Positions 48,565 to 59,264 of a stretch of DNA of 64,000 bases are shown here, piece by piece. This stretch comes from Alphaproteobacteria bacterium (GTDB lineage Bacteria > Pseudomonadota > Alphaproteobacteria > UBA828), in contig SHWC01000004.1 in assembly GCA_009691045.1 (NCBI GenBank), forward strand, positions 8,518 through 72,517, in the 5' to 3' direction. Position numbers and translations under genes: made by a program. Below the pieces are notes generated by a model. The model ran no database searches. It was not told where the DNA came from and saw only the letters and a list, made by a program, of their open reading frames with translations. The first letter of the stretch is position 1, and every line of letters begins with the position of its first letter.

Positions 48565-49243
48565 GTTCACCGCCCCCCTCACCACGCAGCGCACCGAGTC
48601 GCGTCGGCAACTCGTCGAACCGCTCGACCAAACCAAGGGCTCCCGCCGTCAACAATTCGGCCGGTTCATGATAGCCCCAGGCCACCCCAAGGGCGCGCAC
48701 GCCGGCATTCTTAGCCATCATCATGTCAAACACCGTATCGCCGATCACAATGGTCTCGTGCGGTGCGGCGCCGGCCTCGCTCATGGCCTGAAGCACCATG
48801 GTTGGATCGGGCTTGCCCGGAGCATCATCCGCGGTCTGTAAAGTGACGAAGAGATCGGAAAGACCGTGCCGCTCGAGCGTCACGCTGAGCCCGCGGCGCG
48901 ACTTGCCCGTTGCCACACCAAGCAAATAATTTGATTCGGCAAGCTGGCGAAGCGTTTCCTGCACCGCCGGATAGAGCGGGTCCGGCAGGCTCGCCGGATC
49001 AGCCCGCAAGCGGTGAAACGCCCCCTTATAGGTTTCGGCCAGAGCGAGCGCCTGATCGACATGGCTTTGAGGCAAGAGGCGCGCGATTGCCTCATCCAGC
49101 CGAAGCCCAACCACCCGGCGCACCACCTCGGTGGGAGGGGCGTCGAGCCCAATGCTGACGAAGGTTTCAGCCATAGCCGCGGCGATCAAATGCTGGCTAT
49201 CGACCAGTGTGCCGTCGCAGTCAAAAACAATGAACCGGGTCAC
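48554..49243 (-). CDS. HAD-superfamily hydrolase (phosphoglycolate phosphatase-like)
   Basis: 229 aa. It has FDCDGTLVDS (motif I), VATGK (motif II) and the GDTVFDMMMA region (motif IV). Confidence 0.85.
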   Translation of the reverse strand: MTRFIVFDCDGTLVDSQHLIAAAMAETFVSIGLDAPPTEVVRRVVGLRLDEAIARLLPQSHVDQALALAETYKGAFHRLRADPASLPDPLYPAVQETLRQLAESNYLLGVATGKSRRGLSVTLERHGLSDLFVTLQTADDAPGKPDPTMVLQAMSEAGAAPHETIVIGDTVFDMMMAKNAGVRALGVAWGYHEPAELLTAGALGLVERFDELPTRLGALRGEGGGEHGG

Positions 49244-50253
49244 GGCTCAAGCGCCGCAAAGGGATCGCGTGCTAGATGAAGATCGAAGCCAAGGAGCTTG
49301 AAAGCCTTGGCTAAATGTGGCGGCATCTCGGCCACGAAGCGCAAGGACTGGCGCCCCGTGGGATCGGCCGGATCGGGCACCTCCAACGCCCGGGCGTGGA
49401 GGTGCAGGCGCTTCTCGATGCCTTCAAATGGCAGGAATGCCGCAGCCCCACCATATTTGCCATCGCCCGCAATCGGCGTCCCCAGGATTTCGGCGCAGTG
49501 CACGCGAAGCTGATGGGTCCGCCCGGTCTTCGGCATCAGCGCGAGCCAAGCCGCACGCGGCGCGGCGACATCGATCACCCGGTAGAAGGTCGTGGCGCTC
49601 TGGCCATCATTACCCTTCTCGCTGACCTTCATCTTCTCGCCGCCCGCACCGGGTCGCTTGGCGAGCGGGGCATCGATCCGCCCGCTCAAGGGGTGCGGTA
49701 CCCCGATCACGAGCGCCCAATAGACCTTACGCGGCGAGCGCTCGCGGAAGGCCTCGGTCAACCGGCGCGCGGCCTCGGCCGAACGCGCCAACACGATGAC
49801 GCCACTCGTATCGCGATCGAGCCGATGCACGAGACGTGGGCGTTCGGGACCACCAAAACGAAGGCCATCGAGCAACGCATCCAAATGTTGCTCGATCTCG
49901 CTGCCACCCTGCACCGCAAGCCCCGCCGGCTTATTGAGCACGATGATCGAATCATCCCGGTGGATCACCCAGCGCCGCGCCGCCTCATATTCCTGCTCAC
50001 TTGGCATATAGGCGGCGAGCTTGGTGGGCGTCGGCGCGATTTTCTCGTCGTCGAGCGGCGGTACGCGCACCGTGCTGCCCGCATTGAGTTTCAAACTCGC
50101 CTTGGCCCGGCCGCCATCAACCCGGATTTGCCCGGTACGGAGAAGCTTTGAAAGGCGCGCGTGTGTCAACCCCGGATAATGCTGCTTGAACCAACGGTCC
50201 AACCGCAAATCGGCTTCGTCCGCCTTGACCTCGATACTGCTGACGCCACTCAT
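49240..50253 (-). CDS. RluA-family 23S rRNA pseudouridine synthase (RluC/RluD-like, with S4 domain)
   Basis: It has an S4-like N-terminus (RLDRWF...) and the catalytic HRLDRDTSGVIVLA. The ATG at 50253 overlaps the crcB stop as ATGA. Confidence 0.88.
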   Translation of the reverse strand: MSGVSSIEVKADEADLRLDRWFKQHYPGLTHARLSKLLRTGQIRVDGGRAKASLKLNAGSTVRVPPLDDEKIAPTPTKLAAYMPSEQEYEAARRWVIHRDDSIIVLNKPAGLAVQGGSEIEQHLDALLDGLRFGGPERPRLVHRLDRDTSGVIVLARSAEAARRLTEAFRERSPRKVYWALVIGVPHPLSGRIDAPLAKRPGAGGEKMKVSEKGNDGQSATTFYRVIDVAAPRAAWLALMPKTGRTHQLRVHCAEILGTPIAGDGKYGGAAAFLPFEGIEKRLHLHARALEVPDPADPTGRQSLRFVAEMPPHLAKAFKLLGFDLHLARDPFAALEP

Positions 50254-50630
50254 GCCACCACCCAACGCATCAACCGCATCACCAAATAAAGCGCCCCCGC
50301 TGATAGCACCACCGAGAGCGCGATATAGAGAATCGCTCGACCAGCCTCACCCCGCTCGAACAACGTGATCGTGTCGAGCGAGAAGGCCGAGAAGGTGGTG
50401 AAACCGCCAAGAATGCCGACGACGAGAAACAAGCGAAGATCAGGCGTGGTCTCAAACAATGACGTGAACAAGCCGACCAGGAGCCCGAGCACCGCCGAGC
50501 CGACCACATTGACCGCGAGCGTGCCATAAGGGAACGCGACGCCAAGCCAACGTTCGACCGCACCAGCCACGACATAGCGCCCGACCGAACCGATCGCCCC
50601 ACCCGCGGCCACGAACAATATCTGCATCAT
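50250..50630 (-). CDS. crcB: Fluoride efflux channel CrcB/FluC
   Basis: 126 aa with 4 TM helices. It has GGAIGSVGRY and GGFTTFSAF motifs. Confidence 0.9.
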   Translation of the reverse strand: MMQILFVAAGGAIGSVGRYVVAGAVERWLGVAFPYGTLAVNVVGSAVLGLLVGLFTSLFETTPDLRLFLVVGILGGFTTFSAFSLDTITLFERGEAGRAILYIALSVVLSAGALYLVMRLMRWVVA

Positions 50631-51964
50631 GAATCGGCCTCGACCGGCTCATCGCCGTGGCCCGCGCGCTTGTCGCGCAGGCGTGCCCAATAATCGAGGC
50701 GCTTCTTAATCTCCCGCTCAAAGCCGCGCTCAACGGGCTGATAGAGGTTCTCGCGCGTCATATCGTCGGGGAAATAATTTTGACCCGAAAACGCATCCGC
50801 CGCATCATGATCATATTGGTAGCCCTTGGCATAACCGAGCTCCTTCATCAGCCGCGTCGGCGCATTCAAAATATGCTTGGGCGGCGCGAGCGAGCCGGTG
50901 CGCTGCGCGGCCGCCATAGCGGCGCCATGCGCCACATAGGCCGCATTCGATTTGGGCGCCGTAGCGAGATAGATCACCGCCTGCACCAAAGCGAGTTCGC
51001 CTTCGGGCGAGCCAAGGCGCTCATAGGCTTCCCACGCCGCCAGACATTGCGGGAGCGCGGTCGGATCGGCCAGACCAACATCCTCGACCGCAAAGCGCGT
51101 CAACCGGCGTGCGATATAACGCGGGTCTTCACCGCCGACGAGCATGCGCGCCATCCAATAGAGCGCGGCATCATTATCCGACCCCCGCAGCGATTTATGC
51201 AGCGCGCTGATCAGATTGTAGTGGCTGTCCTGCGCCTTATCGTAGATCGGCGCGCGACGCTGCACCGCCGCCATCAGACCTTGGGCATCGAGCGCTTCGC
51301 CCGCCGGTCGCGCGAACAATTCCTCCGCTAGATTCAAGAGGAATCGACCATCGCCATCGGCCATGGCCTTCAAGGTCATGCGTGCGTCCGCATCGAGTGG
51401 CAATAACTGCCCGATCAAGGCTTCCGCGCGCGCGAGCAATTCATCGAGCGCAGCCTCTTCCAGCCGGCGCAGCACCATGACTTGGCAGCGTGAAAGCAAC
51501 GCCGCGTTCAATTCGAACGACGGGTTCTCCGTGGTCGCGCCAATGAGCGTCACCGTGCCGTCCTCGACCACCGGCAGAAACGCATCTTGCTGGGCTCGAT
51601 TGAAGCGGTGGATCTCATCGACGAAAAGAAGCGTGCCGCGCCCGCTTGCGCGTCGCTCGCGCGCGCCATCGAAAATCTTTCGCAAATCCGCAACGCCCGA
51701 GAACACCGCGGTTAAGGGTTCGAATTCGAGCGATGTCGATTCCGCGAGCAACCGCGCGATGGTTGTTTTGCCGCAACCGGGCGGACCCCAGAGGATCATT
51801 GAGGCCAACCGATGGGCTCCCACCATGCGCCCGATCGGCGCCTCGGGCCCGAGCAGATGCCCCTGCCCGATAACCTCGGCCAGCGTGCGCGGGCGCAGGC
51901 GATCGGCCAGCGGCCGGGTCTGGGCCGCGTCCTCGAACAGCGAACGGGTCTTCTCTTTGGCCAT
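50627..51964 (-). CDS. rarA: Replication-associated recombination protein A (AAA+ ATPase)
   Basis: The ATG at 51964 gives 445 aa starting MAKEKTRSLFED...LADRLRPRTL. It has Walker A (GPPGCGKTT), FVDEIHRFN and the MgsA C-terminal HYNLISALHKSLRGSD. Confidence 0.92.
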   Translation of the reverse strand: MAKEKTRSLFEDAAQTRPLADRLRPRTLAEVIGQGHLLGPEAPIGRMVGAHRLASMILWGPPGCGKTTIARLLAESTSLEFEPLTAVFSGVADLRKIFDGARERRASGRGTLLFVDEIHRFNRAQQDAFLPVVEDGTVTLIGATTENPSFELNAALLSRCQVMVLRRLEEAALDELLARAEALIGQLLPLDADARMTLKAMADGDGRFLLNLAEELFARPAGEALDAQGLMAAVQRRAPIYDKAQDSHYNLISALHKSLRGSDNDAALYWMARMLVGGEDPRYIARRLTRFAVEDVGLADPTALPQCLAAWEAYERLGSPEGELALVQAVIYLATAPKSNAAYVAHGAAMAAAQRTGSLAPPKHILNAPTRLMKELGYAKGYQYDHDAADAFSGQNYFPDDMTRENLYQPVERGFEREIKKRLDYWARLRDKRAGHGDEPVEADS

Positions 51965-52014
51965 GATCACTACGGACAACCTTTGAGGCAGCCCTTGCGC
52001 TCTAATGTAGGACA

Positions 52015-52050
52015 CCGAAAAGACGAAGGGCAGCCCGATCAGGCTGCCCC
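52015..52050 (-). terminator. Rho-independent terminator downstream of rplQ
   Basis: On the minus strand: GGGCAGCC-TGATCG-GGCTGCCC followed by TTCGTCTTTTC. The stems are at 52028-35 and 52042-49. Confidence 0.7.
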
Positions 52051-52082
52051 CTTGCAAGAAACGCGATCGGTGCGCCGCCCGC

Positions 52083-52118
52083 TTAGGCGGTGGCTTAGGC
52101 GGTGGCTTAGGCGGTGGC
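52083..52118. repeat. Perfect 12-bp tandem repeat x3 (TTAGGCGGTGGC) containing the rplQ stop codon
   Basis: The copies are at 52083-94, 52095-106 and 52107-118. The minus strand reads GCC ACC GCC TAA three times, and the first copy ends L17 (..EEATA*). Confidence 0.95.
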
Positions 52119-52541
52119 TTCCTCGGCGGTTTCGCTCTCGCCGGCCTTTTGCACGGGGCCTGAATCAAGCCCCTTAGCGGCCGGGTCGCGATCGACCAAT
52201 TCGATGATCGCCATCGAGGCCGCGTCGCCATAGCGCATGCCGGCGCGCAGCACGCGGGTATAGCCGCCTTTGCGCTCGGCATAGCGCGGCGCGATCGTGG
52301 CATAGAGCTTGGCCACCACGGCATCGTCCTGCAGGAACGCGTAGACCCGCCGACGCGAGGCCAAGGAATCGGTCTTGCCCATGGTAATCAGCTTCTCGAC
52401 CACGGGGCGCAGTTCCTTCGCCTTGGGTAGGGTCGTGGTGATCTGCTCGTGCTTCAACAGCGCTGTCGCCATGTTGCGAAACAGCGCCCGACGGTGCGAA
52501 GTGGTGCGGCCAAGTTTGCGGCCGGCGATTTTATGACGCAT
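52107..52541 (-). CDS. rplQ: 50S ribosomal protein L17
   Basis: It starts [25 protein letters not shown] and follows rpoA. Confidence 0.97.
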   Translation of the reverse strand: MRHKIAGRKLGRTTSHRRALFRNMATALLKHEQITTTLPKAKELRPVVEKLITMGKTDSLASRRRVYAFLQDDAVVAKLYATIAPRYAERKGGYTRVLRAGMRYGDAASMAIIELVDRDPAAKGLDSGPVQKAGESETAEEATA

Positions 52542-52577
52542 GACTCTCTCTCCTGCGCACGCGAACGATGACGAGGA

Positions 52578-53594
52578 TCAATAGGGCTCGTCGAGTTTGC
52601 GCGCCAGCTCCTCGATATTCTCCGGCGGCCAGTTCGGAATTTCCATGCCGAGCCGAAGCCCCATGGTCTCCAAGACTTCCTTGATCTCATTCAGCGATTT
52701 ACGGCCGAAATTCGGCGTCCGCAGCATTTCCTGCTCGGACTTCTGAACGAGGTCGCCGATATAGATGATGTTGTCGTTCTTGAGACAATTGGCCGAGCGC
52801 ACGGAAAGCTCGAGCTCGTCGACCTTGCGCAACAGGTTCGGGTTAAACTCCAGCTCGGCCCGCTGGCCGCCAACCGGTAGCTCACGCGGCTCTTCGAAAT
52901 TGATGAAGAGCTGGAGCTGGTCCTGCAAAATGCGAGCGGCAAGCGCCACCGCATCGTCGGGCCGTACCGTGCCGTTGGTCTCGAGCTTCATGGTCAGCTT
53001 GTCATAGTCGGTGACCTTACCGACGCGTGTGTTGTCGATCTTGTAGGCCACGCGACGCACCGGGCTATAGAGCGCATCAATCGGAATAAGACCGATGGGA
53101 GCGTCCTCCGGCCGATTGAGCACGGCGGGCACATAGCCTTTGCCGTTCTGCACGGTCATTTCCATGTTGAGCTTGGCACCATCATCGAGCGTGCAAATGA
53201 CAAGCGAAGGATCCATCACCTCGATATCATGGCCCGTTTCGATTTGCCCGGCCCGCACTTCACCCGGGCCTTGCGCCCTCAGATGGATGCGCTTTGGCCC
53301 TTCGCCATGCATGCGAAGCGCCAGCATCTTGATGTTGAGCACGATATCGGTCACGTCCTCGCGAACGCCCGGGATCGACGAAAACTCGTGCAACACCCCA
53401 TCGATCTTGATCGACGTGACGGAGGCACCCTGCAATGACGACAGCAGAATGCGCCGCAAGGCATTGCCGAGCGTTACGCCAAAGCCACGCTCGAGCGGCT
53501 CTGCCACCACCGTTGCATGACGTGAGCCATCGCCCTCGGGTGTGACCGCGAGCTTCGACGGTTTAATTAGTTCCTGCCAGTTCCTTTGGATCAC
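52578..53594 (-). CDS. rpoA: DNA-directed RNA polymerase alpha subunit
   Basis: 338 aa. It has an N-terminal dimerisation domain and a C-terminal [11 protein letters not shown]...IGDLV helix-hairpin-helix. Confidence 0.97.
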   Translation of the reverse strand: MIQRNWQELIKPSKLAVTPEGDGSRHATVVAEPLERGFGVTLGNALRRILLSSLQGASVTSIKIDGVLHEFSSIPGVREDVTDIVLNIKMLALRMHGEGPKRIHLRAQGPGEVRAGQIETGHDIEVMDPSLVICTLDDGAKLNMEMTVQNGKGYVPAVLNRPEDAPIGLIPIDALYSPVRRVAYKIDNTRVGKVTDYDKLTMKLETNGTVRPDDAVALAARILQDQLQLFINFEEPRELPVGGQRAELEFNPNLLRKVDELELSVRSANCLKNDNIIYIGDLVQKSEQEMLRTPNFGRKSLNEIKEVLETMGLRLGMEIPNWPPENIEELARKLDEPY

Positions 53595-53692
53595 GCGTGC
53601 GACCTCGTTTTTGCGAAACTCGGTTTCGCGAACAGCCTGGAAATAAACGCGCCGCGCGTCGCTCGGATGAGCGGGCGCGTAAGCGGAATGGG

Positions 53693-54079
53693 TTAAACCC
53701 GGCGGCGCTTAGGCGGCCGGCAACCGTTGTGCGGAATCGGCGTCACGTCGCGAATGGACGAAACCGTGAAGCCCGCCGTTTGGAGCGCACGTAGCGCGGA
53801 TTCGCGCCCGCCACCCGGCCCCTTCACCTCGACCTCGATCGCGACCACGCCATGTTCCTTCGCCTTGCGCCCAGCATCCTCCGCCGCAACCTGCGCGGCA
53901 TAGGGTGTCGATTTGCGCGAGCCCTTGAAGCCCATCGTCCCCGACGACGACCAAGCGATCGTATTGCCCTGAAGGTCCGTGATCGTGATCATCGTGTTGT
54001 TGAACGTTGCGTTCACATGCGCAATGCCCGACGAAATGTTCTTGCGCTCTTTGCGGCGCGGACGAGCCGTCTTCGCCAT
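53693..54079 (-). CDS. rpsK: 30S ribosomal protein S11
   Basis: 128 aa. It has [18 protein letters not shown] and a [14 protein letters not shown]-terminus. Confidence 0.97.
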   Translation of the reverse strand: MAKTARPRRKERKNISSGIAHVNATFNNTMITITDLQGNTIAWSSSGTMGFKGSRKSTPYAAQVAAEDAGRKAKEHGVVAIEVEVKGPGGGRESALRALQTAGFTVSSIRDVTPIPHNGCRPPKRRRV

Positions 54080-54094
54080 TGTTCTGACCCTGCC

Positions 54095-54463
54095 TTACTT
54101 CTTCTTTGCCGCGATCGGCCGTGACGGGCCTTTTCGCGTGCGTGCATTGGTGTGCGTCCGTTGACCGCGCACTGGCAAGCCTCGCCGATGCCTCAAGCCG
54201 CGATAACAGCCGAGGTCCATCAGACGCTTGATGTTCATCGCCACTTCGCGCCTGAGATCGCCCTCGACCGTGTATTCCTTGTCTATCATCTCGCGAATGC
54301 GGATGACATCCGCCTCGCTCAACTCGCTAACCCGCGTCTTGGTCGCGATGCCAACCTTGTCGACGATCCGGCGGGCCTGACGCGGCCCGATGCCATGGAT
54401 GTACGTCAAGGCGACCTCAACCCGCTTGGCGGTGGGGATATTAACGCCCGCAATGCGCGCCAC
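54095..54463 (-). CDS. rpsM: 30S ribosomal protein S13
   Basis: It starts [10 protein letters not shown] and is 122 aa. Confidence 0.97.
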   Translation of the reverse strand: MARIAGVNIPTAKRVEVALTYIHGIGPRQARRIVDKVGIATKTRVSELSEADVIRIREMIDKEYTVEGDLRREVAMNIKRLMDLGCYRGLRHRRGLPVRGQRTHTNARTRKGPSRPIAAKKK

Positions 54464-54557
54464 GATTTATACTCCTCGCAAAACAAAACGCGCGCCGCGA
54501 CCGTTAGTCGCAGCACGAACGGAGGGACCCATATTATGGGCGGTCGGCAACCATCCG

Positions 54558-55217
54558 TCAACCATTTGCCGCTGCCCCCACGGCCTTGACCAACGCGGCC
54601 TCGACCACGTCGATATCGGCCATGCCGTCGATTGAAGCAAACCGGCCAAGACCCCGGTAATAGGGGGTAATTGGCGCGGTTTGGGCATGGTAGGCCTTGA
54701 GCCTCTCGACCACGGTTTCCCGATTGTCGTCCTTGCGGCGCACAAATTCTTTGGAACCGCAGACGTCGCAAACCCCAGACACCCTCGTGGGTTTGGTGGC
54801 GTCGTTATAGCCGGCACCGCATTTGGCGCAGGCGAATCGACCGACAATCCGCGCCGTCAGCTTTTCGTCATCGACATGGAGCTCGACCACCCGGTCGAGC
54901 TTGAGGCCGCGTTCGGCCAACATGCGATCGAGCGCCTCGGCCTGCGCCGTGGTCCGTGGGAAGCCATCCAGAATGAAGCCGTTCTTGCAGTCCGGCTGCC
55001 CGATCCGCTCGGCGATCAGGCCGATCATCACTTCGTCCGACACAAGCGCCCCGGCCTCCATGATGCTCTTGGCCTTAAGCCCGATGGGTGTTCCGGCCTT
55101 GACCGCGGCGCGCAACATATCGCCGGTCGAAAGTTGGACGATGCCAAGCCGACGGGCCAAGCGCTCCGCCTGAGTGCCTTTGCCGGCCCCGGGCGGTCCG
55201 AGCAGAATGATGTTCAC
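54558..55217 (-). CDS. adk: Adenylate kinase (long form with a Cys4 lid)
   Basis: It has the P-loop [10 protein letters not shown] and a lid with CAKC...CDVC. Confidence 0.95.
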   Translation of the reverse strand: MNIILLGPPGAGKGTQAERLARRLGIVQLSTGDMLRAAVKAGTPIGLKAKSIMEAGALVSDEVMIGLIAERIGQPDCKNGFILDGFPRTTAQAEALDRMLAERGLKLDRVVELHVDDEKLTARIVGRFACAKCGAGYNDATKPTRVSGVCDVCGSKEFVRRKDDNRETVVERLKAYHAQTAPITPYYRGLGRFASIDGMADIDVVEAALVKAVGAAANG

Positions 55218-56557
55218 CGCCGGCTGCCTCTGAGCTTGGCCTTCTTGACCAGACCCTCATATTGATGGGCCAGCAAATGCGATTGGATTTGGCTCACCGT
55301 GTCCATCGTCACCGAGACCACGATCAAAAGGCTGGTGCCGCCGAAATAGAACGGGAGCGCATATTCCGAAATCAGGAATTCCGGCAGCAGACAGACCAGC
55401 GTGAGGTACATCGCGCCGATAAAAGTGAGGCGGTTGAGCACGAAAGTCAGATAATCGGCCGTGCTCTTGCCTGGCCGAATACCAGGGATAAAGCCGCCAT
55501 ATTTCTTGAGATTGTCGGCCGTATCCTGCGGGTTGAACACAACCGTCGTATAGAAGAACGCAAAGAAGATGATCGCCGCAGCATAGAGGAACATGTAGAT
55601 CGGCTTGCCGTGCGAGATATAACCGGACAACCCCGTCAGCCAATCGGGCCCGCCACCGGCATTGATGCTGAGCGCGGTAATCGGCAGCAACAAGATCGAA
55701 CTGGCAAAAATTGGCGGAATCACGCCCGCCGTATTGATTTTCAACGGCAGATGGCTCGCCTGCCCGCCAAACACGCGCTGGCCGACTTGGCGCTTCGGAT
55801 ATTGCACAATGATGCGCCGCTGCGCGCGTTCGACAAATACGATAAACGCGACCACCGCAATCGCGCCGACCAGGAACACAATCATCAACGCCGGCGACAT
55901 AGCGCCGGTGCGTCCGAGCTCAAGGAGTTGAACGAGCCCGCTCGGCAATTCCGCGACGATGCCGGCGAAGATGATCAGCGAAATGCCATTGCCCACGCCG
56001 CGCGCGGTAATCTGTTCGCCGAGCCACATCAAAAAGACCGTTCCGCCGGTCAGCGTAACGACCGTGGTGATCCGGAAAAATGTACCGGGGTCGATGACGG
56101 CCGAACCCGTCGAACTTGTATAGCCCTCAAGCCCAACCGCAATGCCATAGGCCTGCAACACGGCCAAGATAACCGTGCCATAGCGCGTATATTGATTGAT
56201 CTTCTTGCGCCCTGATTCGCCGTCCTTCTTCAACTGGGCGAGCCTGGGCGAGACCGTCGTCATCAGCTGCATGATGATCGAGGCCGAGATGTACGGCATG
56301 ATGTTCAAGGCGAAGATCGTCATGCGTCCGAGCGCACCGCCCGAAAACATGTTGAACATGCCAAGAATGCCGCCGGACTGGCTGTCGTAAATCGACTGCA
56401 TCACCACCGGGTCGATGCCCGGAATGGGAATGTAGGTACCAATCCGATAGATGATCAGGGCGCCAAGCGCGAACAGCAGCCGACGCTGCAGCTCCTTGGC
56501 CTTGCCAAGCGTGCCGAAATTGAAGTTGGAGGCGAATTGTTCGGCAGCCGATGCCAT
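55214..56557 (-). CDS. secY: Preprotein translocase subunit SecY
   Basis: 447 aa with 10 TM helices. It sits between rplO and adk. Confidence 0.97.
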   Translation of the reverse strand: MASAAEQFASNFNFGTLGKAKELQRRLLFALGALIIYRIGTYIPIPGIDPVVMQSIYDSQSGGILGMFNMFSGGALGRMTIFALNIMPYISASIIMQLMTTVSPRLAQLKKDGESGRKKINQYTRYGTVILAVLQAYGIAVGLEGYTSSTGSAVIDPGTFFRITTVVTLTGGTVFLMWLGEQITARGVGNGISLIIFAGIVAELPSGLVQLLELGRTGAMSPALMIVFLVGAIAVVAFIVFVERAQRRIIVQYPKRQVGQRVFGGQASHLPLKINTAGVIPPIFASSILLLPITALSINAGGGPDWLTGLSGYISHGKPIYMFLYAAAIIFFAFFYTTVVFNPQDTADNLKKYGGFIPGIRPGKSTADYLTFVLNRLTFIGAMYLTLVCLLPEFLISEYALPFYFGGTSLLIVVSVTMDTVSQIQSHLLAHQYEGLVKKAKLRGSRR

Positions 56558-56574
56558 GGTCCGCGCCTCGCGTT

Positions 56575-57144
56575 CTAGGACGCGGCGCCGGCTTCGGCTT
56601 CAGTCGCGGCCGGGGCCTTGCCCCCCTTGGCGGCCTTCTTCGCTTTCCGCTTCGCCGAACCGCGCAACCGCACCTTTTTCACACGCTTCTTGATCGTGAT
56701 CTTGCCGCCCGCCTTCTCGACCGCATCGATCGCCGCTTGCGAGGCGCTCGACAGATCGAGTGTGAGTTTCGTCTTGAGCTCACCCCGCGCCAGGAGACGC
56801 ACCCCAACAGTGCCCGTGCGGCTCGCCAAGCCCGCCGCGCGCAAGGTCGCTTCGGTCACGGTTTCCTTCGGATCGATCTTCTTGCGCTCGATCGCCTCTT
56901 GTAGGCGATCGAGATTGATCGGGTCATAGACCTTGCGGGTCGGGTTGGTGAAGCCGCGCTTGGGCAGGCGCCGATAAATCGGCATCTGGCCACCTTCGAA
57001 CTCGTGCAGAGAGACGCCGGTCCGCGCCTTCTGGCCCTTATGGCCCTTGCCCGAGGTCTTACCTTTGCCCGAGCCAATGCCACGGCCGATGCGCTTTTTG
57101 TCGCGCGCCGCGCCGGGATTATCCTTCAACTCATTAAGACGCAT
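56575..57144 (-). CDS. rplO: 50S ribosomal protein L15 (with a Lys/Ala-rich C-terminal extension)
   Basis: It starts [12 protein letters not shown]...[13 protein letters not shown] and is 189 aa. Confidence 0.95.
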   Translation of the reverse strand: MRLNELKDNPGAARDKKRIGRGIGSGKGKTSGKGHKGQKARTGVSLHEFEGGQMPIYRRLPKRGFTNPTRKVYDPINLDRLQEAIERKKIDPKETVTEATLRAAGLASRTGTVGVRLLARGELKTKLTLDLSSASQAAIDAVEKAGGKITIKKRVKKVRLRGSAKRKAKKAAKGGKAPAATEAEAGAAS

Positions 57145-57157
57145 GATCTAAAGCTCC

Positions 57158-57352
57158 TCAGTCCGCGTTCTCGACCCGGACCAGGTGATGAACCTTCCCG
57201 ATCATGCCGCGCACCGAGGGCGTATCCTCGAGCACGCGGCTGCGATTCATTTTATTAAGCCCGAGCCCGATCAGGGTCTCGCGCTGGTCGTGCCGACGCG
57301 CGATCGGGCTGCCGACCTGCGTCACTTTAAGGCGCGCGCCTGACTTCGCCAT
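57158..57352 (-). CDS. rpmD: 50S ribosomal protein L30
   Basis: The ATG at 57352 gives 64 aa: [32 protein letters not shown]. Confidence 0.95.
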   Translation of the reverse strand: MAKSGARLKVTQVGSPIARRHDQRETLIGLGLNKMNRSRVLEDTPSVRGMIGKVHHLVRVENAD

Positions 57353-57356
57353 GGCT

Positions 57357-57929
57357 CTATTCCCTTTCCTCGGCGCCCTCGGCGCGACCGAAGATTTCAC
57401 TCACGCGCCGCCCGCGTTTGGCTGCAATCGTGCGCGGCGCACTGCAGCGGCCAAGCGCATCGAAGGTTGCCTTGACCATGTTGTGCGGATTCGACGTGCC
57501 GACCGATTTGGCCACCACATCCTGCACGCCCAACATCTCGAAGACCGCGCGCATCGGCCCGCCGGCGATGATACCGGTGCCCGCCGTTGCCGCCCGTAAC
57601 ACAACCTTGCCCGCGCCGGAGCGCCCGAGCACGTCATGATGCAGCGTCCGACCCTCGCGCAATGGCACGCGGATCAAATTGCGTTTAGCGTGCTCGGTCG
57701 CCTTTCGGATCGCCTCCGGCACCTCGCGCGCTTTGCCCGAGCCATGACCAACCCGACCGCGCCGATCGCCCACGATGACGAGCGCCGAGAAGCCGAAGCG
57801 CCGACCGCCCTTCACCACTTTGGCGACGCGGTTGATGCTGACGAGCTTGTCGGAAAGCTCCGCCTCTTCGCGTTCCCGTTCCCGTTCCCAACTCCGGGCC
57901 GGCCGCTCGCTTGGGTTGCCTCTTGCCAT
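57357..57929 (-). CDS. rpsE: 30S ribosomal protein S5
   Basis: 190 aa. It has [14 protein letters not shown] and its position in the spc operon fits. Confidence 0.97.
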   Translation of the reverse strand: MARGNPSERPARSWEREREREEAELSDKLVSINRVAKVVKGGRRFGFSALVIVGDRRGRVGHGSGKAREVPEAIRKATEHAKRNLIRVPLREGRTLHHDVLGRSGAGKVVLRAATAGTGIIAGGPMRAVFEMLGVQDVVAKSVGTSNPHNMVKATFDALGRCSAPRTIAAKRGRRVSEIFGRAEGAEERE

Positions 57930-57941
57930 GATTTAGCCTTC

Positions 57942-58304
57942 CTAGAACGACAAACCGGCTTCGCGCGCGGCATCTGCAAGCGCCTTAACGCGGCCGTGAA
58001 ATTTATACCCGCCACGATCGAACACCACCGTCTCGACGCCAGCGGCCTTAGCACGCTCGGCGATCAGGCTGCCGACCTTAACCGCGGCGTCTTTATTGGC
58101 GCTGGTCTTAAGCGCCTCGCGCAGGCCTTTGTCGAGTGTGGACGCAGCCGCCAGCGTGACGCCCTTCGTATCGTCGATCACCTGGGCGTAGATATGCCGC
58201 CCGGAGCGATAGACCGAAAGCCGAGGCCGACCGTTCGCTTGGCGCTTCAATTGATAGCGGACCCGCTTTTCGCGGCGCTGAAAGAGTTTGTCTGACTTGT
58301 TCAT
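57942..58304 (-). CDS. rplR: 50S ribosomal protein L18
   Basis: 120 aa. It has [20 protein letters not shown]. Confidence 0.97.
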   Translation of the reverse strand: MNKSDKLFQRREKRVRYQLKRQANGRPRLSVYRSGRHIYAQVIDDTKGVTLAAASTLDKGLREALKTSANKDAAVKVGSLIAERAKAAGVETVVFDRGGYKFHGRVKALADAAREAGLSF

Positions 58305-58312
58305 GGCCCGGC

Positions 58313-58846
58313 CTACTTCTTCTTGCCTTCTTTGCGCCGCACGCTCTCATTGCTATAGCGAATGCCTTTGCCCTTATAGGGCTCCGGCCGCTTATAGCCT
58401 CTGATTTTCGCCGCGACCTGTCCGACCAATTGTTTGTCGATGCCGCTGATCGCAATCATCGTTGGCTTCTCGCAAACAATCTTGATGCCGGTTGGGATTG
58501 GAAACCTGATGCTGTGACTGAACCCCATATCGAGCTTCAAATTGGAGCCTTCGAGCGCCGCCCTAAAGCCGACGCCCTGAATTTCCAACCGTTCCGAATA
58601 GCCCTCGGTCACGCCCTGCACCATGTTGCGCACGAGCGTGCGCGATAGGCCCCAGAGCTGACGTGAGCGCTTGGTCATCTCGGTCGGCTGGACCGCGATG
58701 CCCTTATCACCCCTTGAGATTGTCATCTCGGGTGCGATCGTCGTTTTGAGCTGTCCAAGCTTACCCTTGACCATGACGTCATTGCCCGTGATCTGGACAT
58801 CGACGCCGGCCGGAACCGGGACGGCATTTTTTCCGATGCGCGACAT
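58313..58846 (-). CDS. rplF: 50S ribosomal protein L6
   Basis: 177 aa, starting [15 protein letters not shown]. Confidence 0.97.
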   Translation of the reverse strand: MSRIGKNAVPVPAGVDVQITGNDVMVKGKLGQLKTTIAPEMTISRGDKGIAVQPTEMTKRSRQLWGLSRTLVRNMVQGVTEGYSERLEIQGVGFRAALEGSNLKLDMGFSHSIRFPIPTGIKIVCEKPTMIAISGIDKQLVGQVAAKIRGYKRPEPYKGKGIRYSNESVRRKEGKKK

Positions 58847-58855
58847 GGCGCTCCC

Positions 58856-59254
58856 CTAGAACACCGTACAGATGACTTCGCCACCGAGACGCTGCTTGCG
58901 CGCCTCGAGGTCGGACATAACGCCCTTCGATGTCGACAAAATCGAAATCCCGAGCCCGTTATAGACCCGGCCAAGATCCTCGATCGCAGAATAGACGCGG
59001 CGGCCCGGGCGCGACACGCGGTGAATCTCGGTGATCACCGGGCGCCCTTCGCTGTATTTGAGCTCGATTTCGAATTCGGCCTTGGCCGCGTCGATCTCGT
59101 GCCGCGTGTAACCGCGGATGTATCCCTCGCTCTTCAGCACGTCAAGCACCGCGGCGCGCAGCTTGGACGCCGGCGACTTGATGGCGCGCTTCTGCTTCTG
59201 CTGCCCGTTGCGAATGCGGGTGAGCATATCGGCGATCGGATCGGAAACCGACAT
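58856..59254 (-). CDS. rpsH: 30S ribosomal protein S8
   Basis: The ATG at 59254 gives 132 aa starting [17 protein letters not shown]. Confidence 0.96.
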   Translation of the reverse strand: MSVSDPIADMLTRIRNGQQKQKRAIKSPASKLRAAVLDVLKSEGYIRGYTRHEIDAAKAEFEIELKYSEGRPVITEIHRVSRPGRRVYSAIEDLGRVYNGLGISILSTSKGVMSDLEARKQRLGGEVICTVF

Positions 59255-59264
59255 CCCTGTGCTC

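Noticed and set aside
51717-51725. GGTTCGAAT, a tRNA T-arm-like string
   Set aside because: It lies inside the rarA coding sequence with no surrounding cloverleaf. I saw no tRNA, rRNA, tmRNA, SRP or RNase P RNA signatures anywhere in the intergenic regions.
51965-52324. N-terminal 120-aa extension of the rarA ORF, including a [16 protein letters not shown] repeat
   Set aside because: The extension reads through the rplQ terminator, the 12-bp tandem repeat and the 3' end of rplQ. The canonical RarA N-terminus begins at the ATG at 51964.
54464-54557. Hairpins (CCCAT-AAT-ATGGG, GCGAC-TAACG-GTCGC, then TTTTGTTTT) in the adk-rpsM spacer as a terminator or alpha-operon leader
   Set aside because: The stems are only 5 bp, and the U-run is separated from them by 8 nt of GC. 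It may be a weak attenuator, but I cannot support a call.
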